A DNA stretch of 64,000 nucleotides from Dehalococcoidia bacterium (GTDB lineage Bacteria; Chloroflexota; Dehalococcoidia; Lucifugimonadales; UBA3495): contig DUCU01000100.1 of the NCBI GenBank assembly GCA_012959605.1, positions 7,147 through 71,146 on the forward strand, written 5' to 3'. Below are positions 56,990 to 64,000 of the stretch, piece by piece (position 1 is the first letter of the stretch; the number at the start of each line of letters is the position of its first letter). Below the pieces are notes generated by a model. It did not search any database. It had not been told where the DNA came from and was given only the letters and a program-made list of their open reading frames with translations. The position numbers and the translations under genes were made by a program.

Positions 56990-57420
56990 CCACACTTAGG
57001 TTCAAAGTCGGGGACAACTGGTATACCGTTGAAGTAGGTGAACTGACCCATTCCCCGGTTCAGGTCACCGTCGAAGGCGAGACTTTCCTCGTGGAAGTTG
57101 AAGGCCTGCCCGACCCACCTCCGGTTCGCCCTCGCCGCGGACGCACCCAGTCTGCTGAGATTATTGCTCCTCCCCCTCCCCAACGTGGTTCCGCTGGCAG
57201 CACGCCGGACAACATCATTGCCTCGCCATTATCCGGTCGTGTCATCTCTATACTGGTTCGGCCCGGAGACCATATTACGGCCGGTCAGGAAGTGTGCGTC
57301 GTCGAGGCCATGAAGATGGAGCAAAGCATCCGGGCCACCCGAGACGGCGTCATCAAAGAGATATTGGTCCAACCAATGGACTCCGTAAGAACCAACGACC
57401 CTCTGATGGAACTGGAATAA
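56980..57420 (+). CDS. biotin carboxyl carrier (biotinyl domain) protein
   Basis: Biotinylation motif VVEAMKMEQ after a Pro-rich linker. The frame has no ATG, so candidate starts are TTG 56980 (overlapping the upstream stop) or TTG 56923. Confidence 0.7.
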   Translation: MAVTTLRFKVGDNWYTVEVGELTHSPVQVTVEGETFLVEVEGLPDPPPVRPRRGRTQSAEIIAPPPPQRGSAGSTPDNIIASPLSGRVISILVRPGDHITAGQEVCVVEAMKMEQSIRATRDGVIKEILVQPMDSVRTNDPLMELE

Positions 57421-57589
57421 CCCTCGAAAAATCCTGTTCCATACTTTTTCCGCCGTCCTAGCCTATTGGCACCAACTCCCGCGTGCGTTAATCCTCTACT
57501 TGTATTATATTTGGCTGATTAAACCCAAAGTACGCCATACCCAGACCCAATTCCCCCGTGCCTCAACCGATTTGCAGGAGAGAAGCATC

Positions 57590-59134
57590 ATGAAATACGA
57601 CTACATAGTGGTGGGTGGAGGTTCTGCAGGGTGCACCATCGCCACCCGTTTATCCGAAGACCCAACCAAGTCTGTTCTGCTGTTGGAGGCAGGGCCGGAC
57701 TACCCCGATTTTGAACACCTGCCTGAAGACATCAAGATGGGCAACAACATTTGGCTGTCCGCCTACGGCCCTCACAGTTGGGATTACGTGGCCCAGGTAA
57801 CGCCAGAGCAGCCGAACCTGACCATCCCTAGAGGAAAAGCCACCGGAGGCTCCAGTGCCATCAATGGACAGGTACTTTTTAGGGGAATTCCGGAGGACTA
57901 CGACGGATGGGCTGAAATGGGGAACGACGAATGGGGCTTCACTAAGGTGCTGCCCTATTTCAACAAGCTGGAAACCGACCTGGATTTTGGTGGCGATTTT
58001 CACGGCTCTGACGGCCCGGTGCCGGTGCGACGTTACCCGCGCGACAAGTGGCTTCCGTACGCCCAGGCTTTCGAAGATGCCTGTGTCGCGGTGGGGTATG
58101 CGATTGACGAGGACATGAACCATCCGGAATCCACAGGCGTCTCTCCAAGGGCGAGAAACACCATTGATGGTGTTCGCATGAGCATGGCCTTGAATTACCT
58201 GGACATGGCCCGTCATCGTCTAAATTTCACTGTCCGCGGCGGAGTGACTGCCAGACGCATATTGTTCGACGGCAAACGCGCCATTGGCATCGAAGCCGAG
58301 AGCGGTGGCGCCGTTTTCAACGTGGAGGGAGACCAGATCGTGGTCTGCAGCGGAGCAGTTGCATCGCCGCAGCTGCTGATGCTGTCCGGCATTGGCCCAG
58401 CCGAGCACCTTAGTTCGTTGGGGATAGATGTGGTTCGGGACTCTCCGGGAGTTGGCCAGAATCTGCGCGACCATCCATCTGCCGCTGTCTTGTACCGTGC
58501 CACCGGGGAGAGGCCAGACGTCCAAGCTCCGGTCATCCAAGTCGGCCTACGTTACACCGTGGCGAACTCAAGCATTAGAAACGACATGCAAATAAGCCCA
58601 ATGCTGATGACAAGTGAGCACCGGCCGGCACAGGTTCAAATTGATGATGACGAAAACTACATTGGCCTCAGCGCCAGCCTGCAACTAGCTCTGGGCAAGG
58701 GTGAATTGAAGCTGACATCAACCGACCCTCACGTGCAACCGTTCCTAAACTACAACTACTTTGAAGAAGAGGAAGACCTGCGGCGTATGCGGGAGGCAGT
58801 GCGCCTTTGCGTAGAGATTTGTGAGCAATCGAGTTTTGAAGGAATCCTTCTTGACTTGGTTAGCCCGCCGCCGGATGATCTGACATCCGACGAATCCCTG
58901 AACGCCTGGTTGATGCGCAATACTGGAACCTCGCACCATATCTCCGGCACCTGCAAGATGGGTCCGGACTCCGATCCGATGGCAGTGGTAGATCAATTTT
59001 GTCATGTGCGAGGGATCGAGGGATTACGGGTTGCAGATGCCTCCGTAATGCCGGATTGCATCCGAGCCAACACCAATGCCACCACAATCATGATTGGTGA
59101 AAAAGTGGCTGATTTTATAAAAGAAGGCCGTTAG
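57590..59134 (+). CDS. GMC family oxidoreductase (choline dehydrogenase-like)
   Basis: YDYIVVGGGSAGC, GGSSAINGQ and C-terminal HHISGTCKMG. ATG 57590 (AGGAGAG RBS) is preferred over the 5'-extended ORF. Confidence 0.85.
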   Translation: MKYDYIVVGGGSAGCTIATRLSEDPTKSVLLLEAGPDYPDFEHLPEDIKMGNNIWLSAYGPHSWDYVAQVTPEQPNLTIPRGKATGGSSAINGQVLFRGIPEDYDGWAEMGNDEWGFTKVLPYFNKLETDLDFGGDFHGSDGPVPVRRYPRDKWLPYAQAFEDACVAVGYAIDEDMNHPESTGVSPRARNTIDGVRMSMALNYLDMARHRLNFTVRGGVTARRILFDGKRAIGIEAESGGAVFNVEGDQIVVCSGAVASPQLLMLSGIGPAEHLSSLGIDVVRDSPGVGQNLRDHPSAAVLYRATGERPDVQAPVIQVGLRYTVANSSIRNDMQISPMLMTSEHRPAQVQIDDDENYIGLSASLQLALGKGELKLTSTDPHVQPFLNYNYFEEEEDLRRMREAVRLCVEICEQSSFEGILLDLVSPPPDDLTSDESLNAWLMRNTGTSHHISGTCKMGPDSDPMAVVDQFCHVRGIEGLRVADASVMPDCIRANTNATTIMIGEKVADFIKEGR

Positions 59135-59171
59135 TCTGATTAAAACTCATCAAACGGCAGGGCCGGTCTTG

Positions 59172-59618
59172 TCACCGATCCTGCCAGGCTGGTGTTTCTT
59201 CATTCACACAATGGAGAAACACAAACGCTAATGTCCGGCCCAGTCCTGCAAATGGGCGGGTGAGGACTTTTACGTGGGCGTAATAATCCGGGTTGTCCAA
59301 CGTCCTCCGGTACGCGTGAAACGAGCCGTGGTCGTCAATGAACTCCAGCATGGTCCGGGCGTTCTCCACGGTTCCAAGTATCTTGCGCCGGTTTCTGACG
59401 ATGCTCCGGTCCTCAAATAGTCTCTCCAAATCGTCTGGCCCATAGGCCGCCACGCGAATCAGGTTGAACCCATCAAAGCTCTGCACAAAACCGCCCCACT
59501 TCTCCGTGATTACCGCCCAACTGAAACCGTCCCTAAATACACCCTTGGTCAGTTCCGCAAAATAGCCGTTATCGTCGGCTGGCGTGATTTTCGGCGGTCG
59601 CTCCAAGGTTCTTCGCAC
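59172..59618 (-). CDS. DNA-3-methyladenine glycosylase I (Tag)-like protein
   Basis: 148 aa with GFSWAVITEKWGGFVQSFDGF...IVRNRRKI...ENAR. The N-terminal zinc-snap Cys/His residues were not seen. Confidence 0.65.
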   Translation of the reverse strand: MRRTLERPPKITPADDNGYFAELTKGVFRDGFSWAVITEKWGGFVQSFDGFNLIRVAAYGPDDLERLFEDRSIVRNRRKILGTVENARTMLEFIDDHGSFHAYRRTLDNPDYYAHVKVLTRPFAGLGRTLAFVFLHCVNEETPAWQDR

Positions 59619-59799
59619 TTGAAACTCCCCAATTTATGTAATCCTCTTACCGCACAGTATCGCCTCAGAATCGCCTGGCTCCGATCTGAGATATGAGTTC
59701 TAGAAACTTGGATTTTTCAGAAACATCATACCTCCTACCATGATGCTTGATGATATGTTATATTGGCCTGCGTGATACTAATGGGAGAGGCAACGCCAT

Positions 59800-60714
59800 A
59801 TGGAATTGCGACAACTTGTCAGTTTTTACCATGTTGCACGGCTGCGAAGCGTATCTAAAGCAGCTAGAACACTGGAGCTAGGTCAGCCAACGGTAACCAC
59901 CCATCTCCGTAAACTGGAAGACGAGTTTGAGATAATCCTATTTGACCGGATCAAACGCCCAATCCAGCTTACATCTGAAGGGTCGATTCTCTTGGAACTG
60001 GTCACACCAGTTGTTCAGGCGGTGGACACACTAAAAACTCAGATGGATTACAGCGAACGCCGAGGATCGTTCGTGGTAGGCGCCTATCCTGATCTGGTGA
60101 TGCACCATCTGCCGCCGGGCATCCAGGTATTCAGCAATGCCTATCCGGACGTCCGAATCAGACTCCTCGCGAGACCTTATACTCCGCTTCTACGCTTGGT
60201 TAGGTCTGGCGAGATTGACTTGGCATTCTGCGCTCCGCCGCCTCTGGATGACTCATCTTTAGAGTTTCAAAAACTGTTCAAGTTTGACGTTGTGCTGATG
60301 ACACCGCTGGGCCATCCGTTACTCCAGCAAACCAATGTGACACTGCGTGACCTCTCACCATGGCCACTCATTCTCTCAGGGCCAGAAAGCTTGACTAGGC
60401 AGAGAGTGGAGCAGGAGTTGCGGAACCAGGGCGTAACGTGGGACGTGGTATTGGCATTGGATGATACCGAGTCCATCAAACGCTACGTGGAGACTGGAAT
60501 GGGTGTGGCGGTCTGCGCCGACTTCACCCTGCATCAACAAGACCATGACCGTTTGGGGGTGGTACGCCTGGACCATATCTTTGATTCATCGGTGATTGGC
60601 GTTTGCACTCTAAATGGAAAATTCCTGGGCCGGGCGGTGCGGAACTTTATCGATGTGCTTTCCGACGAGATGCGGGGTTACCACGCAGACCTGGCCGGCT
60701 GGGAACACACCTAG
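59800..60714 (+). CDS. LysR family transcriptional regulator
   Basis: N-terminal wHTH (MELRQLVSFYHVARLRSVSKAARTLELGQPTVTTHLRKLE) plus a periplasmic-binding-fold effector domain. Confidence 0.9.
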   Translation: MELRQLVSFYHVARLRSVSKAARTLELGQPTVTTHLRKLEDEFEIILFDRIKRPIQLTSEGSILLELVTPVVQAVDTLKTQMDYSERRGSFVVGAYPDLVMHHLPPGIQVFSNAYPDVRIRLLARPYTPLLRLVRSGEIDLAFCAPPPLDDSSLEFQKLFKFDVVLMTPLGHPLLQQTNVTLRDLSPWPLILSGPESLTRQRVEQELRNQGVTWDVVLALDDTESIKRYVETGMGVAVCADFTLHQQDHDRLGVVRLDHIFDSSVIGVCTLNGKFLGRAVRNFIDVLSDEMRGYHADLAGWEHT

Positions 60715-60812
60715 GTTCAAGAGAGAGCAAAAGCCAAAACTCATTAGGAAACCGCTGCTAAATTGATTCATGCAGCCGTCACGCGCCAGAGGTTAGCGCT
60801 TCTGACTGCCGG

Positions 60813-62511
60813 TTAGACCGATATTGGGATTTTAGACCCGCTCTCGTCTTTGACGGCGAACGATATGGAAATGCGAAAAGTAGTACCAACGCCAATCTCG
60901 CTGTCAACTGAGATTGTACCGCTGTGCTTGTTGATGATTTCCTGACAGATTGCCAGACCTAACCCCGTGCCCTGGGCTTTGGCGGTGTACAGCGGCTCAA
61001 AGATGTTTTCAAAATTTTCAGGGCTGATGCCGCTGCCGTTGCCCGCAACCACGATCTCAACTGTCCCGTCTGTCCTGTGGGATTTCACTCCCATGGCAAT
61101 CATCACTGGGGTAGCAGATGGAAACGCAGGATAATCATCCATAACGATGATCCTGCTTTCCGAAAATGCCGCGGTGCTGATGGACTCAGACTCAGTCACC
61201 ACACGCTGCGGGGGAAATTCCAACGCCGCCGGACCAGCTGCAGCTGCCAGATAAAGGCCCGGAGTTGACTCTTTTGGCAGCCTAAATGTTGCCCAATCAG
61301 CCCCTGTTAGCAGCACCAATATTTCCAACGCCGTTTTTGCCTTGTCGTTGAAATCTGCGAGATCATGTAGTGGCTTTCCAGCGCCTGATTCAAGCAAGTA
61401 AGTTCGTGGTTCTAAGCTTCCAATTCATCTCGGGATTCTTTAAGGCTAATCTCTTGTTCAGCCGACCTAAAGAGCGACCAAATTTCGTTGGAGAATGCTC
61501 TGATCAATGCAGCGCGCCGGTCATCAAAATAGTCTGAGGTCCTAGAAGAAACGCTCAATGACCCCAAAATGCGATTCCCAGACTTGATCGGCAGGAAATA
61601 CATCGACTCCACGCCCTGGTTCAACAACCCGGGCTGGGCGTTACTGGACAATTAATAATCATTAATCAGAATTGCTTGGCCCTCGAGATACGCTGTACGA
61701 GCTAGGATATTAGAATCCGATAGGTCTATCACTTGTCTGAATTCCATAGACCCAAAACCACCAGACGCCACTAGAGTCAGATTCTTCTCCTCTTTATCGA
61801 CTTTTCTCAAAACCACATAGTCCGCACCGATGATTGAAGCCAATGCATTGACGATTTGACGATTTGTTGCGCCAGGATTGCGGCAACGTCATAAAGCGAT
61901 TCCAACTGGCTGGCACGGTCTTTTGCAGCCTGTAATTGTATGGCGCTAGCGATGGCACCGGCAATTTGGTTCCCTACGATCTCCAACCGGGCAAACTCAA
62001 GCTCGCCGTATGCGTTTGGATCTTTTGAAGTAACATGCAAAGTCCCAACAACCTGGTCATTGGCTATTAATGGTGTAGCGATGCGGGACAGGAGACCGGC
62101 TTCATCCAACGATTTGGCGGCCGAACCGGCATCTACATATTGGTCTGTTCTAATTGCACGACTAGCATCTGCAACTTTGGCGACAACCGAGTTCTCCAAC
62201 GTTCTAGTGCTGCCTGGATCCATCCCGTCCACGTCCATCCCAAAGGTGTACTTGATCTCAAACGAGTTGTGCTCAAGATCCAGTTGAGTAATGACGATCA
62301 TGTCAAACAGAATGACTTTTCCCACCTGAGAGGCGAACCGCTCGCACACGTTAGGAGTGCTAAATGGGATTCCTACAATCCGACCAATTTCCGCGTATGC
62401 CGCTCGCTCTTCGGCTAAATCATCTTTGTGGTTACGCATGCCCAAGACACGAGTGGCCTTCTTAAAAGCGCCCGTGATTTTGCTCAGAGGATTGTTTTTC
62501 AGTGTAGTCAT
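60813..62511 (-). pseudogene. multi-GAF sensor histidine kinase gene, decayed
   Basis: Four minus-strand ORF fragments carry GAF-like segments, and the last ends in a HATPase G1/G2 region (AGNGSGI...GTGLGLAICQ). Lesions are an 8-bp tandem duplication, an in-frame TAA at 61652..61654, a TAG at 61412..61414 plus a frame change, and no recognisable H-box or N-box. Confidence 0.7.
61851..61866. repeat. perfect 8-bp tandem duplication causing a frameshift
   Basis: ACGATTTG ACGATTTG on the plus strand. Removing one copy joins ...ILAQQIV to NALASIIGADYVVLRKV in one frame. Confidence 0.85.
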
Positions 62512-62761
62512 ATTACTGATTCGTTTGGCCGGCCAATTCCAAGATTCAACTTAATCCGGAAAATTGACCACGGGATGAAAGTCGGGAAACCTTTTGGTGT
62601 ATATAGTTTCCGCCTCATGATTGTCAATTTATAGCCTTCTTATCACCGAACCGTTGATATCACTTCCTTGATTCATGACCGGAGCCAACATAACTCCCCT
62701 TGAGTCTTGCTCACCAAAAACATGATAATAGGGGCGTATTCCAACACAGTCTGAGGTTTTT

Positions 62762-63892
62762 ATGTCAACTGGCTCCTCAAGCAAGCAAATAAACGTGACC
62801 GTTATAGGTGCTGGTATCGTTGGATCCGCCATCGCCTACACTCTTGCCAAGCGCGGCGCAACAGTGACTGTAATCGATAAGGGAAGGCCAGGGGGCGGCG
62901 CCACCAGCCATTCATTCGCTTGGATCAACGCCACCGCCAAGCACCCAGTTTCCTACCACAACTTCAATCGCCGGTCCTTAGGAATATGGGACCGCTTTGC
63001 CAGAGACTTGGAAGTGGACGTTGGACTGCGCTGGGGCGGTCAGATGGAATGGGCCGCGACCGATGCAGGCGCTGTTGAACTTAAGCTACGGGCCGACCAA
63101 CTCCACGCCTGGGGCTACCCCTGCCAGATTCTAGACGGCGCCCAGATGGCCAAGCTTGAGCCATCTCTAACACCCAGACAGGTAACCTCCGCCATTTACA
63201 GCGAATTGGACGGTATGGTTGAGCCTACCGTTGCCTCCGAAGCCTGCATAAGGGGGGCCGCATCCTATGGCGCAACAATTAAGCTGGAGACTGAGGTCTC
63301 AAATTTGTCCGCAAACTCCGCTTCAGCCTCGGTTGTGGCTGGGGGAGAGCGTATCGACGCCGACATAGTAGTTCTGGCCGGTGGGGTCGACAATACCCTG
63401 CTAGCGGAGATGGCTGGAATCACTATTCCACAGAAAGACAGCCCCGGAGTCGTAATTCGCACCAACACCATCGCCCAGCCCCTATTCTCCAATGTATCTG
63501 TCGTCTACGCCCCGCCCTTGGAAGCTGGCCGGCCAGAGATACATTTGCGCCAATGCCTGGACGGGTCAGCCATGATCGGTGAGGGTAGCCAAGAGAGCCT
63601 GGCGCGAGACGACACCCAAGAACACGCAAACGAGCTCCTATCACGGGCCGCAGAATACGTGCCAGGTCTCAAAGGGGCTACCGCTATCCCGGTGCCGGTC
63701 GGTTACCGCCCCATGCCTTTGGACGGATTCCCTGTTGTTGGATTCTCGCCCAAAGCCCCCAACGTTTACCTGGCGCTGACCCATAGTGGGGTGACTCTGG
63801 CGCCGCTGTTGGCCCAACTAGCCACGATGGAGATTGTGGACGGCGCACAGGTGGAATTGCTCAGAGATTATCGCCCCAGCCGGTTCGATTAA
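62762..63892 (+). CDS. FAD-dependent oxidoreductase (DAO/glycine oxidase-like)
   Basis: VIGAGIVGSAIAYTLAKRG dinucleotide motif and C-terminal HSGVTLAP. Confidence 0.85.
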   Translation: MSTGSSSKQINVTVIGAGIVGSAIAYTLAKRGATVTVIDKGRPGGGATSHSFAWINATAKHPVSYHNFNRRSLGIWDRFARDLEVDVGLRWGGQMEWAATDAGAVELKLRADQLHAWGYPCQILDGAQMAKLEPSLTPRQVTSAIYSELDGMVEPTVASEACIRGAASYGATIKLETEVSNLSANSASASVVAGGERIDADIVVLAGGVDNTLLAEMAGITIPQKDSPGVVIRTNTIAQPLFSNVSVVYAPPLEAGRPEIHLRQCLDGSAMIGEGSQESLARDDTQEHANELLSRAAEYVPGLKGATAIPVPVGYRPMPLDGFPVVGFSPKAPNVYLALTHSGVTLAPLLAQLATMEIVDGAQVELLRDYRPSRFD

Positions 63893-63922
63893 AAATCCGT
63901 CAATCAGGCTCAGGTTTAAACC

Positions 63923-64000
63923 ATGAAATTTAGTGAAGGGCGATTTCTTACCACCCACACTGGCAGTCTGCCTCGTCCTGATCGGCTGGTGGAGCTTCTA
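63923..64000 (+). CDS. cobalamin-independent methionine synthase (MetE C-terminal domain)-like protein, 5' fragment
   Basis: MKFSEGRFLTTHTGSLPRPDRLVELL resembles the N-terminus of MetE-like (COG0620) proteins. The gene runs off the window. Confidence 0.45.
   Translation, partial: MKFSEGRFLTTHTGSLPRPDRLVELL

Noticed and set aside
57500-57589. A 30-residue N-terminal extension of the GMC oxidoreductase.
   Set aside because: The conserved FAD motif begins right after ATG 57590, which has its own AGGAGAG RBS. The extension has no signal-peptide character.
1-64000. Stop-codon reassignment (alternative genetic code) as an explanation for the in-frame TAA, TAG and TGA codons.
   Set aside because: The same three codons terminate the well-conserved neighbouring genes at the expected lengths. 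Only the UGSC TGA sits in a motif that argues for recoding.
1-64000. CRISPR arrays, transposases, integrases, phage genes, rRNA genes and toxin-antitoxin pairs.
   Set aside because: None were recognised on either strand. The only repeats seen are the SBP cassette duplications, short tandem duplications and small palindromes listed above.

Overview
This is a 64-kb chromosomal segment from a moderately GC-rich bacterium. Nothing was computed and no database search was possible, so every family call rests on motifs and architectures recognised by eye.

The gene content suggests a monoderm, marine Chloroflexota-like (SAR202-like) organism, which is inference only. The supporting features are several LLM/F420-type oxidoreductases, lipobox-bearing family-5 solute-binding proteins with Ala/Pro/Thr linkers, a DUF5679-type zinc-ribbon gene, a PAC2 protein and giant FtsX permeases.

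I count roughly 65 protein-coding loci and one tRNA-Glu(UUC). I saw no rRNA, CRISPR array, transposase or integrase.

Gene order, left to right:
- TldD/PmbA (partial) and a Zn-ADH.
- A minus-strand cluster: PaaI thioesterase, LLM oxidoreductase, small membrane protein, NHL-repeat protein, a UGA-recoded UGSC-motif selenoprotein, an uncharacterised 351-aa partner and NIPSNAP.
- A disrupted SRPBCC-like gene, an LLM oxidoreductase and a cupin.
- An operon of two ~1130-aa double-FtsX permeases plus two ABC ATPases.
- An SDR, CoA-transferase A/B and a BNR/Asp-box protein.
- A long minus-strand run: Gfo/Idh/MocA, hydrolase, tartrate/IPM-DH-like, then cobalamin salvage (PduX-like kinase, cobU, cobQ, CobC-like phosphatase).
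- A 46-aa zinc-ribbon gene followed by a 620-nt non-coding stretch.
- Small-molecule enzymes: CMD, class IV aminotransferase, SMP-30, SolA-like.
- PAC2.
- A tandem array of family-5 SBP genes (one decayed copy, two intact, one 3' remnant) followed by Dpp/Opp-type permeases and ATPases.
- Housekeeping genes: nth-like, argC, tRNA-Glu, ybeY, dnaX, ybaB, recR, recO, biotin carboxylase plus BCCP.
- A GMC oxidoreductase, Tag-like glycosylase and LysR regulator.
- A decayed multi-GAF sensor kinase, an FAD oxidoreductase and a partial MetE-like gene.

Most notable observations:
1. An in-frame UGA gives a U-G-S-C / UxxCxxC selenoprotein with a hairpin at SECIS distance. It sits next to an unknown 351-aa partner.
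2. The twin giant FtsX permease plus twin ATPase operon.
3. The SBP array was duplicated as complete promoter-gene-terminator units and shows graded decay.
4. At least six loci are disrupted. Their lesions can be read directly: nonsense codons, a perfect 8-bp tandem duplication, a near-perfect 10-bp tandem duplication, and deletions.
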